In this document: positions 55,484 through 63,137 of the stretch, piece after piece
Layout of the letters: each line of letters starts with the position of its first letter
How positions within the stretch are numbered: position 1 is the stretch's first letter
Virus record (IMG/VR): IMGVR_UViG_3300017613_000561
Span: 1-64,000 of that record
DNA: 64,000 bases
Origin: a virus
Strand: one strand, 5' to 3'
Translations under genes and position numbers: made by a program
The notes under the pieces: generated by a model
What the model was told of the DNA's origin: nothing
The model's input: the letters and a program-made list of their open reading frames with translations, nothing else
Databases searched by the model: none

Positions 55484-55678
55484 ATGGATTTAGCAACGAA
55501 AGTATTTTTAGTGAACCTGCTTTTGATCTTTGTGGTAGCAGGTATAGACCGGGTTGCTTTCAAAGGTACGTTGGAATATCTGCCCGGGTTCAGCCTTTTG
55601 CTGAACGGTTGGATTATGGCGACTATAGTAAGTATCCCGGTGTTGGCAGGATACCTTCTGATACAAGTATTGCCTTAG
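55484..55678 (+). CDS. small 2-TM membrane protein
   Basis: GGAGG RBS; hydrophobic. Confidence 0.55.
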   Translation: MDLATKVFLVNLLLIFVVAGIDRVAFKGTLEYLPGFSLLLNGWIMATIVSIPVLAGYLLIQVLP

Positions 55679-55686
55679 GAGGCAGC

Positions 55687-55845
55687 ATGATTGAGCAGAC
55701 AGTAGAAGAGGTAGCCGAAAGCATGAAGGAGGACCCTGAGGAGTGGGCCAAGTTATACCTGGAGTCTGTGGCGCTGACGAATAGGCTGTTGCAGCAGCTG
55801 GAAAGATACAGTGTGCAGGCTACCAAGGGCGTGACGATTAATTGA
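55687..55845 (+). CDS. hypothetical protein
   Basis: AGGAGG RBS. Confidence 0.5.
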   Translation: MIEQTVEEVAESMKEDPEEWAKLYLESVALTNRLLQQLERYSVQATKGVTIN

Positions 55846-55854
55846 AAATACCAT

Positions 55855-55883
55855 TTGACAAACCCCACCCATATTGGTATAGT
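55855..55883 (+). promoter_or_regulatory. sigma70-type promoter (TTTGACAAAC family)
   Basis: TTGACA-17-TATAGT with extended -10 TG. Confidence 0.75.
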
Positions 55884-55928
55884 TAAAGGGTAGGGTAAAT
55901 CCACCCTATGTAGCTAGGAGCAAAAAAT

Positions 55929-56129
55929 ATGACTAAACACACTACGGGAAATGGAGTAGCTGTTTTTGAAGCTCATTTGGAATATCTGGATGATCTCAGA
56001 GAGAGTGGTGAGATCAATATGTTTGGGGCAGTTCCATATTTGGAAGATAGGTTTAGGCTGTCCCCTGATGTAGCCAGAGATATCCTGGGATATTGGATGC
56101 AGACCTTCTCAAAGCGTCACCCGGGATAA
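55929..56129 (+). CDS. small phage protein
   Basis: YLDDLRESGEINMFGAVPYL motif. Confidence 0.65.
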   Translation: MTKHTTGNGVAVFEAHLEYLDDLRESGEINMFGAVPYLEDRFRLSPDVARDILGYWMQTFSKRHPG

Positions 56130-56191
56130 GGTAGGCTAAGTCACCCTGGACCTTGGAGGGGGTCCGGGGGTAGTAAGTATAGGAGCCTCCC

Positions 56192-56365
56192 ATGTATAAG
56201 CATAGCACTAGAGTAATCTTATCAGGTCCCTTCAGCGCAGGTAGGGTGTATGCCCCTAATGGAGACAACTGGCGAGCTGTATGTTCGGACGGGAATGTAC
56301 CGGCTGACGATGCCGTTTCACTGATCGGATCTGATAAGGTTATTTGGATGGTAGAAAGCACTTAA
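56192..56365 (+). CDS. 57-aa hypothetical protein; not in ORF track
   Basis: AGGAG RBS; stop codon lies inside a palindrome site. Confidence 0.45.
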   Translation: MYKHSTRVILSGPFSAGRVYAPNGDNWRAVCSDGNVPADDAVSLIGSDKVIWMVEST

Positions 56366-56369
56366 GTGC
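56358..56369. repeat. palindrome GCACTTAAGTGC
   Basis: exact copy; supplies a TAA stop. Confidence 0.9.
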
Positions 56370-56382
56370 GGAGGGTATTGTT

Positions 56383-56805
56383 GTGGATCAAGAGAACTCA
56401 GTAACATTGGATGTAGATGAGAATGGCGGGAAAATGAAGGTATTCATGTCAACTGAACAGTCGTTCCTTTTGCGGGACACTGTTGAGGCCCACCCAGAAA
56501 TAGTTACCAGTATGTGTTGTAAGGATGCGGTGGAGCACCTGGAAGAGCTTCTTGGCTTCCATGTAACAACCGGTAAGTTGCAGAGTGTGGTGAAATACTT
56601 GGAGTTGGAGTTCAAAACCAGTCCCCCTAAGAAGTACAAATCTGATAAGTCCATGGCCTTGGTGGTAGTTATGGCTAAGACCATACGCCAGATGTACATT
56701 GATCTGCATGGTGTGGTGCCGCCGCATCTGAACAAGATCATAGCCAGGGAATCAGTATCGAAGGTTGAAGCATCATTCAAGGAATGGATGACTTGCAACA
56801 AGTAA
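56383..56805 (+). CDS. hypothetical protein
   Basis: GGAGG RBS before GTG. Confidence 0.5.
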   Translation: MDQENSVTLDVDENGGKMKVFMSTEQSFLLRDTVEAHPEIVTSMCCKDAVEHLEELLGFHVTTGKLQSVVKYLELEFKTSPPKKYKSDKSMALVVVMAKTIRQMYIDLHGVVPPHLNKIIARESVSKVEASFKEWMTCNK

Positions 56806-56916
56806 CGGTAAGGTCCTGGGAGCCCCCTGAGGAACGCCCTAAGTACGCAGAAGGGTGGGCTTGCGTCCCTTCCCCCAGGACTTTACCCCTGGAACCACTG
56901 GTTATGAGGAAACATC

Positions 56917-57132
56917 ATGAAACCGCACGGATTTATTTGCAGCCCACGAATCTATGAGTTTGAAGGCTGGATATTTGAATATCATCAAACCAGCGTTTGG
57001 CCACTGAAAAAAGATATGGAACCAAGAGCAAGGGCGGGCCGCAAGTTCTACGAGATGCTGGGCCGGTTCCTTGAATTGGACGAGGATAAACGGAAGGAAT
57101 GCAGGATTGGCGGTGGGTGCGTTTCCTTTTAA
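56917..57132 (+). CDS. hypothetical protein (cassette-like)
   Basis: GAGG RBS; stop codon is part of the TAAC of the attC-like site. Confidence 0.55.
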   Translation: MKPHGFICSPRIYEFEGWIFEYHQTSVWPLKKDMEPRARAGRKFYEMLGRFLELDEDKRKECRIGGGCVSF

Positions 57133-57198
57133 CGTAAGAGGTAAGCCGTGATGACTTGGAATGATAATACTGCATCCGCCTTAATTTTCTTGTTATGT
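57127..57198 (+). other. attC-like imperfect inverted repeat
   Basis: TTTTAAC...TAAG...CTTA...GTTATGT, 72 bp. Confidence 0.55.
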
Positions 57199-57421
57199 GT
57201 TGGAGCTATTAATGCCACATTTATCATATGAGCAACTTAGGCGAATGCAAAACGAGCAGGAAATAAAGAGGTTGCGCTCTATTATTATTAACGGAGCTGC
57301 TCGACTGGCAACTATGCTACACGATGATCGCATCGAGGATGGATATGCAAATCAAATCATGGAAGATGTCGTGTTACGAATGCGGGATGATTTAGACACT
57401 GGCGCAAGAGGTAAGCAGTGA
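57197..57421 (+). CDS. hypothetical protein (cassette-like)
   Basis: ORF between attC-like elements; start possibly 57212. Confidence 0.5.
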   Translation: MLELLMPHLSYEQLRRMQNEQEIKRLRSIIINGAARLATMLHDDRIEDGYANQIMEDVVLRMRDDLDTGARGKQ

Positions 57422-57621
57422 TGACAATTGAATTTGGGTGGTGGATTTTGCCGCTGGCAGTAACAATAACGGCATTTGTAATTGCCTACAGAGCTAGTCC
57501 AGAGACACGGCCAAGTAACTATCTACCGGATGTAGTTAGCCCAATGATTGGCTTTGGCATGACGCTGGTTGCTGCTATTGTCTCGCTGGTTGCGTGGCTG
57601 GTATGGGCCTTAGCAACTTAA
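57418..57621 (+). CDS. small 2-TM membrane protein (cassette-like)
   Basis: FGWWILPLAVT...LVAWLVWAL; stop in TAAC of a half site. Confidence 0.55.
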   Translation: MMTIEFGWWILPLAVTITAFVIAYRASPETRPSNYLPDVVSPMIGFGMTLVAAIVSLVAWLVWALAT

Positions 57622-57884
57622 CGCAAGAAGTAAGCAGTGATGGATAAGAAAGAAAGTAAAGAAGGCTGTTAAGCATGTAGATCCCCCTAAGGGTTCAGGT
57701 TGGGGAACCACGTTTGATATGAAAGAGGCTATGGCTAAGGGGTATATCGGGGAGGTAGTCGTGATGCCCAGGAAAATAGTGAATGTCTACCGTACCTTAC
57801 GAGGACGAAAGACTATTGGTCCGGCGACCATGTTTTACTACGGGGAGATAGATGACTATCTCAGGGACAAGTTTCAGATAGTGA

Positions 57885-57896
57885 GCACTTAAGTGC
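57885..57896. repeat. palindrome GCACTTAAGTGC
   Basis: exact copy; supplies a TAA stop. Confidence 0.9.
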
Positions 57897-57906
57897 AGTG
57901 GGGATC

Positions 57907-58194
57907 ATGACTAAGTTAATGAAGATAATTGTAGCGGCCAAGGCGAACAAGCCAGCCATGGGGGAGGAGTGCAACCACTGTGGTTGGTGTTGTATGTCAG
58001 AGGTATGTTACTTGGGGCAGGAGGCTACCGGGTCAGAGACCATTCCCTGCGAACTCCTGGAGATGAAGGAAGGCAAGTATTACTGCTCTCTTGCAGACAC
58101 AGATGAGGCGAAGGAACGGCTTGGTATAGGTAAAGGTTGTTGCGCCAAGACCCAGGAAGAAGCCATGGCTGAGTTCTATGATTGCAGCGAATGA
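57907..58194 (+). CDS. Cys-rich CxxCxxCC (YkgJ-like) metal-binding protein
   Basis: CNHCGWCC...C...C...C. Confidence 0.55.
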   Translation: MTKLMKIIVAAKANKPAMGEECNHCGWCCMSEVCYLGQEATGSETIPCELLEMKEGKYYCSLADTDEAKERLGIGKGCCAKTQEEAMAEFYDCSE

Positions 58195-58203
58195 AAATAA
58201 CAT

Positions 58204-58231
58204 TTGACAAACCCAGTACATTTGCTATAGT
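58204..58231 (+). promoter_or_regulatory. sigma70-type promoter (TTTGACAAAC family)
   Basis: TTGACA-16-TATAGT; nearly identical to the copy at 31761. Confidence 0.75.
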
Positions 58232-58272
58232 TAAGTCATAGATTAATAAAACATCCAAGCTAGGAGCATAAG

Positions 58273-58482
58273 ATGGCTAAGCAGAATTGGTTCCCCACAT
58301 TGAACGAAGCCCTTGAGTCGGAAGATCTGATGGATTCCTGGGACTGCTACAACCCGCCCATCCATTATGGTGAGACCTGCGATTACAGACATGATGACGG
58401 CACTAAGTATGGTCGGCATGTTTCCATTTATCGAAATGAGCGCGGCATGTATGAGCGGCCTGTTCATTACAGCTGCAACTAG
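58273..58482 (+). CDS. small phage protein
   Basis: AAGCTAGGAGC RBS; SIYRNERGMYERPVHY. Confidence 0.6.
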   Translation: MAKQNWFPTLNEALESEDLMDSWDCYNPPIHYGETCDYRHDDGTKYGRHVSIYRNERGMYERPVHYSCN

Positions 58483-58491
58483 GAGAATATC

Positions 58492-58764
58492 ATGAGCCCA
58501 CAGAAGACAATGCACACCGCCTCTTTCATAGACCTGTTGGGTGTCTACTCGTCAGGTGCTACCAATGTAGATCTGGCCCAACGGCTTGTTTCCTTAGGGG
58601 ATGTCCCTAAATTGCTTGACTATCTTGGCACGGTTGCTGGGATCAGATCAGCAGAGGTGTACAAGCACTTTGGTTTGGACGTTGAGATGTCGGTGCTGAT
58701 AACCATACTGGGCCAGGAGAACTGGTGGAAGCGTCTTACAGGTGCAACTAGGGGTGGAGCATGA
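58492..58764 (+). CDS. hypothetical protein
   Basis: AGGAG RBS. Confidence 0.5.
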   Translation: MSPQKTMHTASFIDLLGVYSSGATNVDLAQRLVSLGDVPKLLDYLGTVAGIRSAEVYKHFGLDVEMSVLITILGQENWWKRLTGATRGGA

Positions 58765-58785
58765 AAGTTATGAGGAGAAGGTGTA

Positions 58786-58944
58786 ATGGAAGAAGAAGTT
58801 CAAAAGTTGATAGATATAGCTGGGTATTGGGCGGAACACCCGGACTACTCCGTAGACGACTGGCAGTATGAGGTTGCCAACGGGGACACCAGACAAGGTT
58901 ACTGGTGGTGGGTAGCGGCCCAGTTGGGCGTAATTGAACTGTAA
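58786..58944 (+). CDS. 52-aa small phage protein; not in ORF track
   Basis: HPDYSVDDWQYEVANGDTRQGYWWWV; GAGGAG RBS. Confidence 0.6.
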   Translation: MEEEVQKLIDIAGYWAEHPDYSVDDWQYEVANGDTRQGYWWWVAAQLGVIEL

Positions 58945-58959
58945 GCTAGGAGCGGGATC

Positions 58960-59289
58960 ATGTGTAAATTTAAGTTTGACAGAGAGACCAGAAGTGGGAC
59001 CTATGATATGGATCTCCAGGTTTCATGTCTGATTGATGATGAAGGTATGTATGAAGATGTACCTGCCAAGAATGTTGCAATCACATTAGAGTTTGACTTT
59101 GTGATCGGAAGGCCTGCCAAGACAGATGGACCACCTGAGAGGTGCTACCCTGCTGAGGACTTTGAGTTGACGATCACGGATGTTACGTGTGCAGAGACCA
59201 TGCATCAGGAATTGGCAGATGCCATGATTGAATCCCAGCGCGACAAGCTGGAGGAGTATCTGTCAGAAAAAGTACAGGAGAATTACTGA
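58960..59289 (+). CDS. acidic hypothetical protein
   Basis: GPPERCYPAE motif; AAGCTAGGAGC RBS. Confidence 0.55.
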   Translation: MCKFKFDRETRSGTYDMDLQVSCLIDDEGMYEDVPAKNVAITLEFDFVIGRPAKTDGPPERCYPAEDFELTITDVTCAETMHQELADAMIESQRDKLEEYLSEKVQENY

Positions 59290-59474
59290 TGGGCGTACCG
59301 ACAGAAAAGATCAGGAACAGGTTGGCAGACATAGAGTATGCCCTCAGGTACCTGGAGACCTCAGCCAACACGTATGTACTGACAGAGGAGCAGTTTGAGT
59401 ATATGGAGGCCTTGGGCAATCGTATACATGCAGTAGTGCGACAGGTACGGGCATCCAGGGGGGGCCATGATTAG
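59289..59474 (+). CDS. hypothetical protein
   Basis: coupled ORF. Confidence 0.45.
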   Translation: MGVPTEKIRNRLADIEYALRYLETSANTYVLTEEQFEYMEALGNRIHAVVRQVRASRGGHD

Positions 59475-59611
59475 GAACTGGGTAGCGTCCATCTACAGGG
59501 GTGGGTTCTCATACAGGAGACCCCTGAGGAACATGACATATGACTACGCCTGTAGTGTGATGCGGTGCTGCCCCCCTGGATACATCTGGATAATAGTACC
59601 GGAGGAAGAAG

Positions 59612-59818
59612 ATGAGCGAAGAAACCATAGAACTTGATTTGGAGTATGTGAACCAGACAGATGAGGCGTATCTGGTAAAAGACGCTGACGATAAAAAGCA
59701 TTGGTTGCCTAAGTCCGTGGTTGAGGTGGAGGATGCCATAAACATGGATCTGGACAAGGGAGAGGGCTACATGTTTCTGATGCCCGGGTGGTTGGCCTGG
59801 AAAGAAGGGTTGATATGA
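59612..59818 (+). CDS. small phage protein
   Basis: TDEAYLV...WLPKS...MPGWLAWKEGL motif. Confidence 0.6.
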   Translation: MSEETIELDLEYVNQTDEAYLVKDADDKKHWLPKSVVEVEDAINMDLDKGEGYMFLMPGWLAWKEGLI

Positions 59819-60024
59819 GCACTAAAGGTGACAGCCATCAGCTTGACGACTACACATCTTTTTTGATGCCCATAATGGTTAAGGAAGGACGCATGCATAT
59901 GTGGCACAGCATCTGTAGTATACATAGAAGCCATGTTGATACCTGCCCTGTATGCAAGACCGGATTCTGGGCCGAGATAGTGTACCCAGAAGAAAAAACA
60001 AGTGTTGGTGAACATGAACCCTGA
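59815..60024 (+). CDS. hypothetical Zn-finger-like protein
   Basis: CSIH...CPVC. Confidence 0.45.
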   Translation: MSTKGDSHQLDDYTSFLMPIMVKEGRMHMWHSICSIHRSHVDTCPVCKTGFWAEIVYPEEKTSVGEHEP

Positions 60025-60298
60025 AAAGTTACTGCGGGTCTGTGCCTCATGTGAATGGGTGTTTAAGACAGGCTCGGTGGAGTGCCCCATGTGTGGGTTC
60101 GGATCGTATGGTGCCCACTATGTATATGGGCGCAAGGCTTATAAGTATGCCCACACTCAGAAACCTTGGCGCGACAATAAGATGTTTAAATACAGCATGC
60201 ACTTAAGTGCAGAGATAAGGAGAGCGTTAGATGAGCAAAAAACGAAAGAAAGAACCGCCAGTGCAGGAGTACAAGGAGCGGTACATTTGTCGTTGTAA
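60014..60298 (+). CDS. Zn-ribbon hypothetical protein
   Basis: CASC...CPMC. Confidence 0.5.
   Translation: MNPEKLLRVCASCEWVFKTGSVECPMCGFGSYGAHYVYGRKAYKYAHTQKPWRDNKMFKYSMHLSAEIRRALDEQKTKERTASAGVQGAVHLSL
60199..60210. repeat. palindrome GCACTTAAGTGC
   Basis: exact copy inside CDS. Confidence 0.9.
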
Positions 60299-60455
60299 CA
60301 AGGTGTATCGGGTGAAGCTTAAGCCAACAGATTATTATGCGATCCACCATGGAAGTTTTACGTCAGTACAGGATGCCAAAGATTTTGTGGATGAGCGGCA
60401 ACGCCAGCTGTCCATGAGTAAGGCAGAGGCTAATCGGTTGAGGGTCATACAATGA
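60231..60455 (+). CDS. hypothetical protein (AP2-like)
   Basis: YRVKL...HGSFTSVQDA. Confidence 0.4.
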   Translation: MSKKRKKEPPVQEYKERYICRCNKVYRVKLKPTDYYAIHHGSFTSVQDAKDFVDERQRQLSMSKAEANRLRVIQ

Positions 60456-60820
60456 TTGAAGTAAAAGATAATGCCCAAGTTGTAAAGTTAACGGTCATGA
60501 TGACCAACCTGCAACGCAGGGTAAGTAATATAGAGAAGGTGTTGTCTCAGCCGGGACCAGGACCAAAGCTTGACCCGATACCCATGATTACGCCCCTGTC
60601 CAGCACCGCAGCCCTTATGAAGGAAGTCACCCTATACAAAGAGGCTCTGATTACCATACGTGGGCTAGGGAGTGTGTGTAAGGAGTTTGCTACCTGTAAG
60701 CATGAGCCCTGTAAGGACTCGGCAGCAGCTTGTCTAGTAGCTACAGAAGCTCTGGAGCAGGGGGAGCGGGTAGATCCTTTCATGTCTGATATATCCAATG
60801 TATTTATAGGAGGAGAGTGA
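60452..60820 (+). CDS. hypothetical protein
   Basis: coupled ORF. Confidence 0.5.
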   Translation: MIEVKDNAQVVKLTVMMTNLQRRVSNIEKVLSQPGPGPKLDPIPMITPLSSTAALMKEVTLYKEALITIRGLGSVCKEFATCKHEPCKDSAAACLVATEALEQGERVDPFMSDISNVFIGGE

Positions 60821-60821
60821 T

Positions 60822-61313
60822 ATGTCAACTAATGATGTGCCGGGGGCAAACCCCATACATAACGATGTTCTGGCTATGGGTTGCTGGGCGGAACATGATG
60901 ATGGTTCCTTGATATATGTTCAGTCTGCTGAGGGTGGGCGGATCGTATATCAAATGTTCGATCTGTCAGAAGATCCTATTGTTGAGTATAGAGATGCTAT
61001 GCCGGAGCAAGGCTTTAAGAAAACCTTTTCCTGGGATGCTTCTGATCCTGATTCTGAGAAATGGACTTGGCATGACAAGACTCCGTTTCCATGGGGTAGG
61101 GTTATTCAGCATGGAGCCAAAGACGGTGTGCACCATGCGTCTGCCCATGACCTGCTCAGTGCTGCTGCCCGGGTAGCCACTTCTCTTAAGACTAAGGGTC
61201 GTGAGTACAAGAAGGGGATAGACGATCACATGATGGACATTAAAGCCAAGGGACCAGTGAGGAATCGGATCATTGACAAGGTACAGAGCGCGATAGACAG
61301 AATGAGGGCTTAG
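60822..61313 (+). CDS. hypothetical protein
   Basis: AGGAGG RBS; 163 aa. Confidence 0.6.
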   Translation: MSTNDVPGANPIHNDVLAMGCWAEHDDGSLIYVQSAEGGRIVYQMFDLSEDPIVEYRDAMPEQGFKKTFSWDASDPDSEKWTWHDKTPFPWGRVIQHGAKDGVHHASAHDLLSAAARVATSLKTKGREYKKGIDDHMMDIKAKGPVRNRIIDKVQSAIDRMRA

Positions 61314-61314
61314 T

Positions 61315-61638
61315 ATGTCTGAGGTTATTGAACGGGAATGTGATAGGTATGCTGGTAGGGTGCGTACTGATATGCATTGTCATGATTGCAGTAAAGATTT
61401 TATTGGGGTGATTGACTTTGATGTTAATGGCAATCATGAATTGATCTGTCCTCATTGTGGTCATGTACATTGCAGGGTAGTTACTGATGGAAGAATAACC
61501 GGCGAGCGGTGGGATTCCAGGCACGGTAATAAAGAGATCTGCCGTACAGAAAGGATATGGACTCATAACACTGTTAGGGCTCAGACCAGTTCAGCTGCTC
61601 ATTTTCTTAGAGACCGTTGGCTAAATAGGAGTGATTGA
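61315..61638 (+). CDS. Zn-ribbon protein
   Basis: CHDC...CPHCGHVHCR. Confidence 0.6.
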   Translation: MSEVIERECDRYAGRVRTDMHCHDCSKDFIGVIDFDVNGNHELICPHCGHVHCRVVTDGRITGERWDSRHGNKEICRTERIWTHNTVRAQTSSAAHFLRDRWLNRSD

Positions 61639-62261
61639 TGGCAGCTTGGACTGATCAATATTTTACTGATACAGGTGGTACATCTACTTATGAAACTGTG
61701 TATGTAACCACTAGCAGTACTGGAACGGCAACAGCTTCGACTACATTTCCAGATACAGCTCCGGTTAGGGTGGTTAGAAGTGTTGAGTATCAGGAAGTAC
61801 CAGTAAAGGCTGGAAGGCGTAAGGTAGAGAGGGGGACTACTTTGGAACTGCCTGATGGATCTGTATTGCATGTAGACCACAGCGGTAACTTTGAGGTGTT
61901 GGGCCACAATGCCAAGATAACATACAAGGGCAATCAGATACGTGAATTTAATAAGTATATCAATGCCAGCGATCTGCTTGAAGCCTTCATTGATGATCTT
62001 GGGCAGGCTGGGGTAAAGCAGGGAGAAGTATTGGCAGTACCCATAGAGATGTTCATCAATTGGTTGATACATAAGGCAGCTGAACAGGATGGAGATCCGG
62101 TACCCAGAGGGGTGCCCTTGTTGGAGGCAGATGCCCATAAGAAGCAGCATCCAAGGTGTAAGTGTTGCGGCCGGTTCATAAAAAAAGTCCTGGCTAACGA
62201 TGGGATGATGTTTTGTAATGGCGAGCATTATCAGCAACAGTTAGCAAAGGTAGGTGCGTAA
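61635..62261 (+). CDS. hypothetical protein with C-terminal Zn-finger
   Basis: CKCC...FCNGEH. Confidence 0.55.
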   Translation: MMAAWTDQYFTDTGGTSTYETVYVTTSSTGTATASTTFPDTAPVRVVRSVEYQEVPVKAGRRKVERGTTLELPDGSVLHVDHSGNFEVLGHNAKITYKGNQIREFNKYINASDLLEAFIDDLGQAGVKQGEVLAVPIEMFINWLIHKAAEQDGDPVPRGVPLLEADAHKKQHPRCKCCGRFIKKVLANDGMMFCNGEHYQQQLAKVGA

Positions 62262-62629
62262 TGCGATGGGTACTGTTTATAGTATTGATGTCGGTTTCTT
62301 CATGGGCGTGGGCAGGGCATAAGCATACGGAAGATTGGTATGTACAAAAGTGGTGTCCTAAGAAGGGTGGAGTTATAGAGTATCGACTGCCTAATAGTAC
62401 AAGGGTAGATTGTCTTACAGAACATAATGCCATTGAGTTCGATTTTGTAAGAAAGTTTTATGAAGCTGTGGGGCAGTCTTTGTTCTATGCCATGTTTACC
62501 GGTAGGAGGGCCATGATTGCTTTGATAATAGAAGATGATGAAAAGGACCTGAAGTATTACCGCAGGGCTTGGGCCTTGATTGATCACTATGGTTTACCGA
62601 TAGATGTTTGGCCTGTACGTGAAGAATAA
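62261..62629 (+). CDS. signal-peptide protein with PD-(D/E)xK-like motifs
   Basis: AWA signal; E...RVDCL...AIEFD...EAVGQSLFY. Confidence 0.55.
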   Translation: MRWVLFIVLMSVSSWAWAGHKHTEDWYVQKWCPKKGGVIEYRLPNSTRVDCLTEHNAIEFDFVRKFYEAVGQSLFYAMFTGRRAMIALIIEDDEKDLKYYRRAWALIDHYGLPIDVWPVREE

Positions 62630-62650
62630 CATTAATAACGGGGTAGTAGT

Positions 62651-62836
62651 ATGTATAGCGCGAGGAGGCTAGAGCAGAACCGGGATAGGTTCTACAGATA
62701 TATAGAGCGGTTGTTGGATTTGGCTAGGGCAGGTGATCCAGAAGCACAAGAAAGATTGGGGCTACCGGTAGAGCTTAGGCACTATTCAGATTTGTATGTA
62801 CCAAATGGGAAGGTGGTAGATGATGCTGGAGAATAG
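62651..62836 (+). CDS. hypothetical protein
   Basis: ORF track. Confidence 0.45.
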   Translation: MYSARRLEQNRDRFYRYIERLLDLARAGDPEAQERLGLPVELRHYSDLYVPNGKVVDDAGE

Positions 62837-62885
62837 AATAGGAAGGTTTCCTGACATTATTTCAGGGAAATAATGTAAATACTAT

Positions 62886-62914
62886 TTGACAAACGTAGTT
62901 ACAATTGTTATAGT
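62886..62914 (+). promoter_or_regulatory. sigma70-type promoter (TTTGACAAAC family)
   Basis: TTGACA-17-TATAGT with extended -10 TG. Confidence 0.78.
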
Positions 62915-62958
62915 TATAGTAAGTTAAATATTTATCCAAGACCCATGAGGGGCACACC

Positions 62959-63129
62959 ATGTTAGAAATTATCTTAGCTGCAATTACCATCCTAGTGGCA
63001 CCTGTGGCGATTGCAGCCATTATACAGTTTGAGATGAATATGAGTGATGTGGTTTATTTGGACCCAGAAACAGATGTGGAGACTCGTAGCACTAGAGTCT
63101 TTGGTATTGAGTTGGAAGTTAAGCAATAG
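62959..63129 (+). CDS. small membrane protein; not in ORF track
   Basis: GAGGGG RBS; hydrophobic N-terminus. Confidence 0.5.
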   Translation: MLEIILAAITILVAPVAIAAIIQFEMNMSDVVYLDPETDVETRSTRVFGIELEVKQ

Positions 63130-63137
63130 GAGGCGGG

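Noticed and set aside
56807-56905. Hammerhead ribozyme (CTGAGGA...GAAAC) or c-di-GMP-I riboswitch (GGGACGCAAGCC on the minus strand)
   Set aside because: The required stems cannot be built around the core motifs; kept only as an unassigned structured element
13732-60210. Palindrome as a simple restriction/methylation site (CTTAAG core)
   Set aside because: Conservation spans 12-14 bp and tolerates changes in the central bases, unlike a 6-bp R-M site; phages tend to avoid rather than enrich such sites
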